DNA of 64,000 bases, taken from a candidate division FCPU426 bacterium. GTDB lineage: Bacteria; Oederibacteriota; Muellerivitia; Muellerivitales; Muellerivitaceae. Each line of letters begins with the position of its first letter. Position 1 is the first letter of the stretch. Position numbers and translations under genes: made by a program. This document shows positions 7,352-16,863 of this stretch, in pieces. The DNA lies in the NCBI GenBank assembly GCA_963771075.1, contig CAVYSE010000006.1:1-64000 (forward strand), in the 5' to 3' direction. The notes beneath the pieces are model-generated. The model did not search any database. It was given only the letters and a program-made list of their open reading frames with translations, and was not told the DNA's origin.

Positions 7352-7657
7352 ATGCAAGTATCAAGCAAGTTGCGGGTCGGCATGTTGGCGATGGCCATGA
7401 TGGGCCTGTTGGCGGTACCCATGACCGCGAAGGCGCTGGATTTGACGGTGAACGTGAATATGGACGACCAGAGCCATTTTGACTTCAAAGCCGGCATGAG
7501 ACATCACCACCCACTCATTTGGAAAGCCGCAAAGCAACTGCAGAACGCCAAGCATACCCTGTGGGTAGCCGCGGACGACTTCCACGGCCACAAGGCGGAC
7601 GCCATTTCCGCCATCAACGGTGCGTTGGACCAGCTGAAGGTCTGCGAAGCCCGCTGA
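7352..7657 (+). CDS. Small secreted His-rich helical protein
   Basis: GGAGGG RBS; signal peptide ending AKA; HHHP...DDFHGHKADAI; followed by a terminator. Confidence 0.8.
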   Translation: MQVSSKLRVGMLAMAMMGLLAVPMTAKALDLTVNVNMDDQSHFDFKAGMRHHHPLIWKAAKQLQNAKHTLWVAADDFHGHKADAISAINGALDQLKVCEAR

Positions 7658-7683
7658 TTTTTGAGAAGGCCTGAAGAAAGCCG

Positions 7684-7717
7684 AAAGGCCGCGCCTTAGG
7701 ACGCGGCCTTTTTTTTT
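7684..7717 (+). terminator. Rho-independent terminator
   Basis: AAGGCCGCG..CGCGGCCTT hairpin followed by a T run. Confidence 0.85.
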
Positions 7718-7953
7718 ATCCGTCTCTTCGGACCAACGGCGCTGCAAGGTCGACAATCCATCCAGGCATTCCGGGGGCAGTGCTTTGTGGTTTTTAGCGC
7801 CCTCCAGGAGAGAAAAAGGGGGTTAGGCCCTTATTGTTATGTTAAATATGGATGGGTAAAAAAAGTATGCGGCAGGTTCCTTGAATGGAATAAAAACCTA
7901 TTTCATGACTCTATATATATGAACGGGGTAAAATTAAGGTTCCGAGGTAAAAG

Positions 7954-8871
7954 ATGAAACGGTATCTAATTCTAATTTTATTGGGCTTTTTAGCCACATC
8001 CTTGGCTTGCACAAGACTCCCCAATCCCACCAAACCCGTTCCGAGCTCAGGGCCAACCACCTTTTATTCGACCCAGTGGGGAATGAACGCCTATGGCGTC
8101 GCGCTGAATGCCGCGGGACAAGTTTATATACTCAGTGGGGGCGTCCAGGAATTGTCCGCGACGGGTGTTCCGATCACCCAATGGAACACCGGGTTGGGGA
8201 ATCCTTGCGGAATCGCGACCGATTCTTCGGGTAATGTCTACGTCGTCAATTCCGATATCAATAATGTCGTTAACGCCGTGTTGAAGTATTCCTCGAACGG
8301 CACGCCGATCACCCAGTGGGGAACTTTTGGAACCGGGAACGGACAGTTTGAAGGCCCCGATGGAATCGCCATTGGCCCCGACGGAACCGTCTACGTGTCG
8401 GATAACGATTACAACCCAAGCGTTTGCCGCGTGGAGGAATTTTCGCCAAACGGAGCCTATCTCGGCCAGTGGGGCAGTTACGGGAAAGGAAACGGGCAAT
8501 TTGACGTCGCGAACGCGATCGCCGTGAATGCTTCGGGTAATGTCTATGTAGTGGATTATGGAAATCATCGTGTTCAAGAATTTTCAGCCACCGGCACCTA
8601 TATCACCCAATGGGGGTCGTGGGGCAGTGGAAACGGGCAATTTGAATCACCCTTAGGGATGGGGATTGACCCTTCGGGAAATGTCTATGTGGTGGATGGC
8701 TTGCTTTACTTGATTCAGGAATTCACCTCCAGCGGCGCCTTTATCACCCAATGGAATCCGCCCGCCGGCGCGCCTGGATACACGGATGAGCCCAATGGGG
8801 TCGCGATCAATTCCAATGGAATTTATATCTCGAATGTCCTCATGCCTCCAACCATCCCCGTGCCTGGTTGA
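7954..8871 (+). CDS. NHL-repeat beta-propeller lipoprotein
   Basis: Lipobox SLAC; repeated TQWG.xG.GNGQF..P.GIA.D..GNVYVVD units. Confidence 0.88.
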   Translation: MKRYLILILLGFLATSLACTRLPNPTKPVPSSGPTTFYSTQWGMNAYGVALNAAGQVYILSGGVQELSATGVPITQWNTGLGNPCGIATDSSGNVYVVNSDINNVVNAVLKYSSNGTPITQWGTFGTGNGQFEGPDGIAIGPDGTVYVSDNDYNPSVCRVEEFSPNGAYLGQWGSYGKGNGQFDVANAIAVNASGNVYVVDYGNHRVQEFSATGTYITQWGSWGSGNGQFESPLGMGIDPSGNVYVVDGLLYLIQEFTSSGAFITQWNPPAGAPGYTDEPNGVAINSNGIYISNVLMPPTIPVPG

Positions 8872-8946
8872 GTCACCCCGGCCAGGCATTCTGTCTTTCT
8901 CGATAAAGCTCCTATTGAATCCATTCTCTGCTCTCCCACGATGAGT

Positions 8947-9399
8947 TCAGAAAGTGGTATGGAAAACCCCGATGACTTCCTTGCTATGGACTTCCGGGTT
9001 GACGATCGCGAAATACTTCCGGATCTTACCTTCCTTGTCGATCACCGCGGTCACCCGGCGGCTCATTTTCTTATCCTCGTTGAAGGCGTCGTAGGCCTTG
9101 GAAACCGCGCCGTCCGGGTCGCTTAAAAGGGGGAAATTGAGGTTGAACTTCTTGGCGAAGGCGTCATGGCTTTCCAGGTTATCGGTGGAAATGCCGAAAA
9201 CCACCGCGTCCTGGGCGTGTAAATCGGAATAGTCATCCCGGAAATTGCAGGCTTCCTTGGTGCATCCCGGCGTGTCGTCCTTGGGGTAAAAATAAACGAC
9301 GACATTCTTCTTCCCCTTGAAGCTGGCTAGTTCGACGGTGCTTCCATCCGCGGCCTTGAGCTTGAAATCGGGGGCGGCACTGCCTTCTTGAAGTGGCAT
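8947..9399 (-). CDS. bcp: Peroxiredoxin Bcp/PrxQ
   Basis: YFYPKDDTPGCTKEAC motif. Confidence 0.95.
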   Translation of the reverse strand: MPLQEGSAAPDFKLKAADGSTVELASFKGKKNVVVYFYPKDDTPGCTKEACNFRDDYSDLHAQDAVVFGISTDNLESHDAFAKKFNLNFPLLSDPDGAVSKAYDAFNEDKKMSRRVTAVIDKEGKIRKYFAIVNPEVHSKEVIGVFHTTF

Positions 9400-9769
9400 C
9401 GTTCTTCCTCCTGGGTTTGATATGCCACCTTAGGGGGAGAGGGGCGGAAGAAGCAAGACACTGTCTCGGGGTCATTAGCCCGTAAAGTAAAAATATTAAA
9501 ATGGCAATGTTTCCATGTAGAAAAAAGGGGTTCCCAGGGATTAGGTTTCCCGACCCCCGAAATTGACAATCCATATCGAAAACTTCGTCCCTGAATTTCC
9601 AAAAAGGTTCATCGCTAAACATTCGACATATTTCACGCAACAAACTAATGATCGAGAAAGCGTTCCCATAGATTCCCCAAGGGCGATTGAATCGGGGAAT
9701 TAATCATGTACTTAACGGCACCGTTGAATAAAATCACTAGGATTCCTAAAACCCCGGAGAGCCCATTTC

Positions 9770-11215
9770 ATGTCCCATCTGAAAACCCTCACCAACCCCT
9801 ACCAGGTCACCATGTCCCCGGCGGACTGCTCGCTCGACCTGGGGGATGGGAGCGAGAGGGGCGAATACGTCGATCAAGACTACGTCCTGAACGTCTTGGG
9901 CCGACCGCACCGTTCCATCAACCTGATGTACTGCTACTATCCCTTCGACAAGGGCTGGCCCCTTCGAGCGTCGGAGGCCCACCCACCCAAAGGGGACCGG
10001 GCCTGGCCCTATCCCTATGATGATTACTATCCCTTCTCCGGCGGTCCCCAGGGCGATACGAAGGGTCCGGTGTTCGAACAGATGCGCGATATCCGCCGCC
10101 ATGGGCAGGATGTCACCCTGACCCTGACCATGGATTGCAAGGTGCCGGACAACCATATCCGGGTGATCGCCCGGCAGTTAAGGCCCTTTGGCCGCCTGCG
10201 GCTGCGCTTGAACCACGAGTGCGACGGTTATTGGTTCGCCTTCAACCGCCGTTATACCTATGGCGAAGTGGCGGCTTTTTTCGGCCGGTTCGCGAAATTG
10301 GCGAAGGCGGTTGCCCCGGAAATCCAGATCATGAGCTGTTGGGGAAAGGCCCTCCCCACCCGACCCCTGGCCCTGGAACATGAAAAGGAGTTGGCCCCCA
10401 TCCTCCGGGCCGCCGACCTTTGGTCCACGGATAAATACATCACCCTCGACTACGGCTGGCCGTTCCACCGGGCCGAACCCGAGCATTTGGACAAATACTA
10501 CATGCGGGATAACGTCGACCGGGTCTGGAAACAGGTCCAACGCATCCACCGGCGGTTTTGCGAGCTGACGGGGGAGGACAAGGGGTTGGAACTGGGCGAG
10601 TTCAACGCCGACGGCAATGTGGGCGGCGACGAATACCGCATTCGACAGACCCTTGATTTTTACCGGCGGGTTCTACGTTCCAAGCCCCGCCACCTGAAGG
10701 GCATTACCTACTACCAGTTCCGGGACCGCGCCCGATTGGGGTTGGAAAGGGAAGACCCCAACAATCCCATGAACGGAATCGCCACGGACATGCTTCCCGA
10801 ATACAAGAAACTCATCCAGAACCCCCATTTCAAGCCCAAGGAAAACTGGAAAAGGAACCGGGGGGCCCTGCGGATGGAATGGCGGGCCGCGGAGGATTCA
10901 GACGGTTTAGGATGGAAGGTGCCGCTGAAAAAACGGCCCATCTTCCTGGAATTACTCCTGGATCCAAAAGCGAACCTGATGATCGAGGCGGGGAATAAGT
11001 GGTTCTACAAGAAGCCAGGCGTGGAATGGGTGGATGTGACCGCCGCGGCCCAGGCATGGGGAGGAGGGAAGCCCTTTCCCATCCGCCTATTCGCCCCTCC
11101 CTCGGAAGGTGTCAACCCGGCCGGAGCTTCCAAGGTGGCCACCCGGCTTTCGAAGCCACCGGTCATGCGGCTGCACTACGAGTGGAAATCCAAATCCGCC
11201 AAAACGAAAGCCTAA
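9770..11215 (+). CDS. Divergent clan GH-A (GH26-like) glycoside hydrolase with C-terminal extra domain
   Basis: LRLRLNHECDGYW resembles the GH26 acid/base motif; LELGEFN is a candidate nucleophile; no signal peptide. Confidence 0.6.
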   Translation: MSHLKTLTNPYQVTMSPADCSLDLGDGSERGEYVDQDYVLNVLGRPHRSINLMYCYYPFDKGWPLRASEAHPPKGDRAWPYPYDDYYPFSGGPQGDTKGPVFEQMRDIRRHGQDVTLTLTMDCKVPDNHIRVIARQLRPFGRLRLRLNHECDGYWFAFNRRYTYGEVAAFFGRFAKLAKAVAPEIQIMSCWGKALPTRPLALEHEKELAPILRAADLWSTDKYITLDYGWPFHRAEPEHLDKYYMRDNVDRVWKQVQRIHRRFCELTGEDKGLELGEFNADGNVGGDEYRIRQTLDFYRRVLRSKPRHLKGITYYQFRDRARLGLEREDPNNPMNGIATDMLPEYKKLIQNPHFKPKENWKRNRGALRMEWRAAEDSDGLGWKVPLKKRPIFLELLLDPKANLMIEAGNKWFYKKPGVEWVDVTAAAQAWGGGKPFPIRLFAPPSEGVNPAGASKVATRLSKPPVMRLHYEWKSKSAKTKA

Positions 11216-11245
11216 AATTTCACCACTCGTGTCTGGGTCCTAAAT

Positions 11246-11292
11246 AAAAAAGGCCTGGAGCTTCCCCGAGGGAAGCCCAGGCCTTTTCTTTT
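11246..11292. terminator. Bidirectional rho-independent terminator
   Basis: A run + GGCCTGG-A-GCTTCC..GGAAGC-CCAGGCC + T-rich tail, between convergent genes. Confidence 0.85.
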
Positions 11293-11300
11293 ACTCCCGA

Positions 11301-12710
11301 TTACATCCCTTGGGGGGGCGGGTTCGAAGTGTTGTCCTGGCCGCTGGGAGGCGCCTGGTAGTTCTGGAGGGTCTGGTCCGTCAGGTCGGTCCCGCCCGCT
11401 TGGGCGGCCTGGTCGGCGTCGTTCGCGCCGGGGTTGTAGGGGTTCCCGAAGTTGTCGAACATGTCGTAGGACCCGTCGTTCAGGGTCAGGATGATCTGCA
11501 GGGGACGCCCGTTGCTGGTGTCCGAAAAGCTCACGCTTTTCACGCCCGAGGCCAGGTAAACCGGGTCAAAGGTGGGCGGGTTGGCGGTGTCGTAGAGGAA
11601 GGCGTCCTCGCTGTCGCTGAAGAGCTTCACGGTGCGGGTGCCGTCGGCGCTGTTGATGTCATGTTCGTTGGCATCGGTGGGCGCGGTCACGACCACCTGG
11701 TCTTCCGACGAGTTGCAGGGGATATAGTTGTCGTTGTTGTAGCAGTAGAGGTCGCCCACGTGGTAGGGGTCCTGCCACCACCAGAAGCCGTTGTTCCAGA
11801 AGCACCAGCGGTCGAAATCCGTGTCATACCACCACCAGCGCGAGGCGTAGTTGCGCGCCCAAAAGAACTGGCTTCCCGCGTACCATCCCCACCAGTGATA
11901 GCCCGAGCCGTCGATATAGTGGCAGTAGCTCAAGCCGTTGTCCCGGTGCCAATAATAGAAATTGTTCCTGGTTTCGGCGGCATTGAATCCCTGGATTCGC
12001 GCGTTCCAATCCCCCCCATCCAGCATGCGCATGCGGTCCCGCACGACGGGGTCGTTGAAATGCCTGGGTGAGAGGGCCGCGGCGCCGATCATCTGGCGGT
12101 CCACCCCGTAGTGGGGGAAGGGGATCATGGAATGGGCCCGGTCGGTATGGATCATCTCATAACGGTCGGTGATGAGATTGGGCTCGGCAGTAACGCCGAT
12201 CTTTTGCAGTTTCTTTCGCACGTAACCCTGGGTGTAGGCGTGGTGATGGACCGCCACGGCCGCTCGAACGCCCGGCGCCCGGTAGGGCTGGGGGTTGGGC
12301 CGGGTAGACAAACGCCCCTGGTTGGCGGGATTCCAGGGCTGGGCGGAGGTGGGTTGGTTCCGCTTGGGGGCCGGGGCGTTCCAGTGGAACTGCCCATAGG
12401 AGGGTTGAACGGCCTGTTGGGATTGGGGCATGGGCCGCGATTGGTTTTGCATCGCGGGCTGCTGGGATGGGAAATTGCGGTTATGGCCGCCACTGGTCCC
12501 ATGGTTCATATTGATGACAACGGGCTGAACGGCTTGGGCCACGGGCCGGGCCGGGCGGGCCGGACTGGCTGATCGGGGAGATGGGCTGTGGGCTGAAGGT
12601 GAGCTGTTATTATTTCCCCTGCCTTTACCTCCCGTAGAGTCGTTATCGGCCCATAAAGAAGCGGCTGAGATCAACAAGGTTGTTGCCAGCCCTATGACAA
12701 TAGGTTTCAT
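11301..12710 (-). CDS. Secreted hypothetical protein with Pro/Gln-rich N-region and Trp/Tyr-rich domain
   Basis: Signal peptide ending LWA; GGAG RBS; dense aromatic segment YHWWGWY...RWWWYD..RWCFWNNGFWWW. Confidence 0.8.
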   Translation of the reverse strand: MKPIVIGLATTLLISAASLWADNDSTGGKGRGNNNSSPSAHSPSPRSASPARPARPVAQAVQPVVINMNHGTSGGHNRNFPSQQPAMQNQSRPMPQSQQAVQPSYGQFHWNAPAPKRNQPTSAQPWNPANQGRLSTRPNPQPYRAPGVRAAVAVHHHAYTQGYVRKKLQKIGVTAEPNLITDRYEMIHTDRAHSMIPFPHYGVDRQMIGAAALSPRHFNDPVVRDRMRMLDGGDWNARIQGFNAAETRNNFYYWHRDNGLSYCHYIDGSGYHWWGWYAGSQFFWARNYASRWWWYDTDFDRWCFWNNGFWWWQDPYHVGDLYCYNNDNYIPCNSSEDQVVVTAPTDANEHDINSADGTRTVKLFSDSEDAFLYDTANPPTFDPVYLASGVKSVSFSDTSNGRPLQIILTLNDGSYDMFDNFGNPYNPGANDADQAAQAGGTDLTDQTLQNYQAPPSGQDNTSNPPPQGM

Positions 12711-12836
12711 TGCTTCGCTCCTGAATTGGTTTGAAACTCGCCGTATAAGTATGGACGATTGAAATTCAAATTCAATCCTTTCAGAGACTTCCGGCTGTGT
12801 ATAATTAACGCATTCTTTTTATCCAGGCGGGCAAAT

Positions 12837-14522
12837 ATGGGAAATAAAGTTCTTGTGACACCTGAATTTTCACCTCGGAGACCCAGAGACGCGGAGAAAA
12901 GCTTAATTTCTGATCGCGATATAACCGCAAAACCAATTTTGAGGACCAGTCTACTCTTGTTGGGCTTGTTGTGCTCCCTGGGGAGCATTCTGAAGGCCTA
13001 TGCACAGGATGCCATGCCCCCGGTGGATGATCTCTTAAACGGAAAAAGCTCACTGCCCGCAATGGCCGCACCCTCCCAACCTTCATCCGCTCCCGCCACA
13101 CCCGTTCAGGCCGCGCCAGTTCAGGCGGCGCCTGCACCGGCGCTACCCGCTTCCAACTCTTCGGCACCCAGTGCCCCTTCGGCACCCAGCGTGCCTGACA
13201 TACCGGATGTCCCGGCATTTCCCAGCGCCACCGATGCCCTTCCTAACGCGGGGCTTCCCGCCATACCTTCCGCCGAAACGACCATCCCCAGGGGTACGAA
13301 TGCCCCAATGGTTCCTGGCGCTACGGCACCAGCCGGCGCTCCAGCACCAGTCGGTGCTCCGGCACCTGTTGCAGCGCCGGTCCCTGTGGGGGGGTCCGCC
13401 CAGGGTGGAGCCCAGGCACAAACCGCGATGCCCGCGGTGGCCATACCCACCTCCACGCCGATTTCTACCGTCTTTGAGCAGGCGGTTGCCCTCTATAAAA
13501 TGGGTAAATATGATGCCGCCCTCAGTTTGTTCCGGCAGACGGGATCCCCCAATCCGAAGGATTACAAGCTTTTCTATTCCATCGGCGCGCAACAATTCAA
13601 AGCGGGCCACCGCCGAGAGGCGGCAATCACCTTTTCCATTGTTTGCAAGATCAAGCCCACCGAACCCATGCTGGTGTTCCTGGCCCGGCTGAAATCCACC
13701 CTGACACCGGATGAGAACAAATGGGTCGAGGACCAGGTGTCGGCTTACGGCATTGAGGAGGTTCCGGTGGGCCCCCCGCCTTCGGATTACCCCCAATGGG
13801 GAGTCCGGCTCGTTCCGGAAGTTTCCTTTCCCGGCTTTTCCGAGTTCACGGCTAATCACCAAAGCCAAATTTTATTCGCCCAAAACGCGGGCGGGACCGA
13901 CCCAGCCTACCTATATACCGGCACCTACCCCGACCTTCTGTTGGGAGGGTCGGTCGAACCCCTCTTGCGGCTCAATTCCCATTTCGAAATCGGCCTGCCC
14001 CTGGGCTATGTGTCCTTCGGCTCGATCACCGACCGGATCACCAGCAATCTTTTTGGTTCGACCACCACCAAGTTCGATTTGGGGGTGCTCCTGGCCGGCC
14101 TTGATTTCCGTTACCTGACCGGTGCCGCCCCCCTGCAGTTCTTCCTTTCCCTGGGGCCCCGGATGGGCCAAACCCAGCTCAATGAGGGGATCGTGAGCGT
14201 GTCGAGCACCAACATTTCCTATTTCACATCGACCGCCTGGGGGGCCGAGGCCCAATTCGGGTTCGATTGGGAATATGCCGATGGTTTCCTGGTTTCCCCC
14301 TCGCTGGGTTACCGCTGGATGGAAACGGGACACCTGACGGGCACGGTCACCTACGCGGGCCAGGGCGTGCTTTCCCGCCTGGAATACAACCCCCAATCCG
14401 CCACCGGGTCCCAAATCTACTACGCCGTTCCGGACAGCCAGCCCGATCCGCCGGGCATGACGCCCTTTGACCCGGACTTGAGCGGCCCGGTCCTTTCGTT
14501 GAACATTTCCGCGCTCTTTTGA
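12837..14522 (+). CDS. Secreted protein: Pro/Ala-rich linker, TPR-like helices and C-terminal outer-membrane beta-barrel-like domain
   Basis: Signal-like segment ending AYA; FEQAVALYKMGKYDAAL is TPR-like; amphipathic beta-strands and terminal Phe. Start uncertain (12837 ATG or 12939 TTG). Confidence 0.7.
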   Translation: MGNKVLVTPEFSPRRPRDAEKSLISDRDITAKPILRTSLLLLGLLCSLGSILKAYAQDAMPPVDDLLNGKSSLPAMAAPSQPSSAPATPVQAAPVQAAPAPALPASNSSAPSAPSAPSVPDIPDVPAFPSATDALPNAGLPAIPSAETTIPRGTNAPMVPGATAPAGAPAPVGAPAPVAAPVPVGGSAQGGAQAQTAMPAVAIPTSTPISTVFEQAVALYKMGKYDAALSLFRQTGSPNPKDYKLFYSIGAQQFKAGHRREAAITFSIVCKIKPTEPMLVFLARLKSTLTPDENKWVEDQVSAYGIEEVPVGPPPSDYPQWGVRLVPEVSFPGFSEFTANHQSQILFAQNAGGTDPAYLYTGTYPDLLLGGSVEPLLRLNSHFEIGLPLGYVSFGSITDRITSNLFGSTTTKFDLGVLLAGLDFRYLTGAAPLQFFLSLGPRMGQTQLNEGIVSVSSTNISYFTSTAWGAEAQFGFDWEYADGFLVSPSLGYRWMETGHLTGTVTYAGQGVLSRLEYNPQSATGSQIYYAVPDSQPDPPGMTPFDPDLSGPVLSLNISALF

Positions 14523-14585
14523 TGGGCCGATGAGGGCCCATTCGTCTTGGAAGTTCACCACCACCGCCGGTAAAGGATATTGCCC

Positions 14586-15698
14586 ATGAAAACCCGTCCT
14601 ACCCCGAAAACGAAATCCTTGAAGGGTCGAACGAGAAGTACGAACCTGGGAAAGGAAATCCTCCGGCAGGAACTGGAGATGTTCAACCGCATCATCGAGG
14701 GAATGCGAAACGAGCTTTCCTATATCGACCTGTTGAAGCTGACGGTCACCTGCGTCTGCAAGGGGTTGGGTTACGACCGGGCCGGCATCTTCCTGGTGGA
14801 ACCGGACGGCAAGAGCATCGCCCGGGCCATCGGGGTGGACGCCAAGGGACGGTTCCAGGTGGGGCATGACATCACCTTCCCGCTTTCCGCCAAGAAGAAT
14901 TACAGCACCTTCTCCGACCTGGTGAACGGCTACCGGAAGCATTTTTACACCAGCAACCTGCTCAAACTTTATCCGGACGCCAAGGAAATCGACCAGGGCG
15001 TGACCTGCAACGCCAACGTGCCCATCTGCGTGGGGAAAAAGCGGATCATCGGCGTTTTGGCGGTGGACAACCTCTTCACCCAGCGGCAGCTGACCCGGGA
15101 CGACATCGCCTCGCTGGTGAACTTCGCCACCCAGGCGGGCATGGCCATCGAGACCATCCGGCTGCATGAGCAGGTGCGGCAATTGACCATCACCGACCAG
15201 ATGACCCGCATTTACAACCGGAGGTATTTCGAGAGGTTCCTGGAGGACGAGATCGCCCGCGCCCGCCGGTACAAGCGTTCCTGCAGTTTGCTTTACCTCG
15301 ACGTGGACCGCTTTAAGCAGATCAACGACACCTACGGTCATCCCACCGGGGATGAGGTCTTGAAGTATATCGCCATGTTCCTGCGGGCCGACCTGCGCAC
15401 CATCGACGTGGTCGCCCGTTTGGGCGGGGACGAGTTCGCGGTGATCCTGCCCGAGATCCCCTCCCCGGGGGCCCTGGTGGTGGCGAACCGCCTGCACCAT
15501 AAGATGCTGGAAGCCCATCCGCCGGTGGAAGCCCTGGTCAAGGCCCGGCACAAGGTCACCCTGAGCATCGGGGTCGCCACCTTTCCCGAGAACGCCGACA
15601 GCCCGCAAACGCTCATCAAGAGGGCGGATGACAGCCTTTATAAGGCCAAAACCGCCGGGAGAAACCGTGTGGGGCCCCTGGTCAAGGTGAAGAAATAG
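14586..15698 (+). CDS. GAF-sensor diguanylate cyclase
   Basis: GAF-like N-terminal half; DQMTRIYNRR, FKQINDTYGH, RTID (RxxD I-site), RLGGDEF. Confidence 0.95.
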   Translation: MKTRPTPKTKSLKGRTRSTNLGKEILRQELEMFNRIIEGMRNELSYIDLLKLTVTCVCKGLGYDRAGIFLVEPDGKSIARAIGVDAKGRFQVGHDITFPLSAKKNYSTFSDLVNGYRKHFYTSNLLKLYPDAKEIDQGVTCNANVPICVGKKRIIGVLAVDNLFTQRQLTRDDIASLVNFATQAGMAIETIRLHEQVRQLTITDQMTRIYNRRYFERFLEDEIARARRYKRSCSLLYLDVDRFKQINDTYGHPTGDEVLKYIAMFLRADLRTIDVVARLGGDEFAVILPEIPSPGALVVANRLHHKMLEAHPPVEALVKARHKVTLSIGVATFPENADSPQTLIKRADDSLYKAKTAGRNRVGPLVKVKK

Positions 15699-15718
15699 GG
15701 ATTTCCCAAGGACTCCCC

Positions 15719-16663
15719 ATGGCATTTGAACCCGTCAATCCCCAGGCCTCGCCCGAGGCTCGGCGCCTTTTGGAAACCCTTTACTCCCTATCCGGCCAAA
15801 GGACCCTATCGGGCCAGCACAACTATCCCGGCCATGGCTCTGCCTATTCCGACCGTGCTTTTGCGATCACGGGCCGCCCACCGGCCCTCTGGGGGCAGGA
15901 TTTCGGGTTTACCGCGGAGGGTAAGGATAGCATCCACAGCCGCTACGGAAACATGGAGGAGGCCATCCGCCGGCACCGCCAAGGCTCCTGGATCACGCTC
16001 ATGTGGCATGCGGTCCGGCCCCTGGACGGGGAACCCAACGGATGGAAGGAGAGCGTCCAGAACAAGCTCACCGACGCCGAGTGGGATGAATTAACCACGC
16101 CGGGGACGGCGCTCCACCGCCGCTGGCTGACCCAATTGGATGAAGTGGCCCGGCACCTTCAAAAGCTCTGCGTGGCCGGTGTGCCCGTACTTTGGCGGCC
16201 TTTTCATGAGGGAAACGGCGATTGGTTTTGGTGGGGTGGACGCCCCGGACGGAAGGGTACCCAGGCGCTTCACCGCCTGATGTATGAGATATTCACCCGG
16301 AAATACGGCCTCCACAACCTTCTTTGGGTTTGGAACGCCAACATGGTGCGGGACGGCGGGCAGGGAACCGGCCCCTACCGGGACTATTATCCGGGGCATG
16401 ATGTTGTGGATATACTCGCCACGGATATTTACGGGGGAAACTACCAGGACCGGCATTATGAGGAACTGCTCGCGGTAGCGGAGGGAAAACCCATCGCCTT
16501 GGGCGAGATCGGGAAGGTCCCCGATCCTTCGGTGCTGGAACGCCAGCCCCGCTGGGTATGGTTCATGTTGTGGTGCGATTTCCTGGAAAAGGAAAATACG
16601 CACGAGGAGATCCAAGCCTTGTACCGGGCTCCCCGTGTGCTATCCCGGGAAGGTGTTTCGTGA
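15719..16663 (+). CDS. GH26 beta-mannanase-like glycoside hydrolase
   Basis: VLWRPFHEGNGDWFWWG, YYPGHDVVDI, KPIALGE; no signal peptide. Confidence 0.93.
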   Translation: MAFEPVNPQASPEARRLLETLYSLSGQRTLSGQHNYPGHGSAYSDRAFAITGRPPALWGQDFGFTAEGKDSIHSRYGNMEEAIRRHRQGSWITLMWHAVRPLDGEPNGWKESVQNKLTDAEWDELTTPGTALHRRWLTQLDEVARHLQKLCVAGVPVLWRPFHEGNGDWFWWGGRPGRKGTQALHRLMYEIFTRKYGLHNLLWVWNANMVRDGGQGTGPYRDYYPGHDVVDILATDIYGGNYQDRHYEELLAVAEGKPIALGEIGKVPDPSVLERQPRWVWFMLWCDFLEKENTHEEIQALYRAPRVLSREGVS

Positions 16664-16863
16664 CGCCGGGATGGGAGGGATGAATGTTCTGCCGGAAATG
16701 CAAGGTCAAAATGAGGGAACAGCCCCATTCGGCGCATAAACAACGGAAATTCGTTTGCCCCCTTTGCGGAGGGGCAAGGATGATGGGCGGAAAGAAGAAG
16801 GCGGCCGACCGGCGGCGGGAAAAGGGATAGGTTCGTTCCATCTGGCAGTGAAAAGGAATCAAT

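Noticed and set aside
8100..8760. DNA-level repeats (ACCCAGTGGGG, GGAAACGGGCAATTTGA) as a non-coding array or diversity-generating template
   Set aside because: Fully explained by in-frame NHL protein repeats; no reverse transcriptase nearby.
9520..9620. Possible riboswitch/attenuator upstream of bcp
   Set aside because: Only an imperfect hairpin plus T run on the minus strand; no recognisable aptamer consensus.
13911..15725. 604-aa minus-strand ORF
   Set aside because: Antisense shadow of the GC-rich barrel and GGDEF genes; no recognisable motifs.
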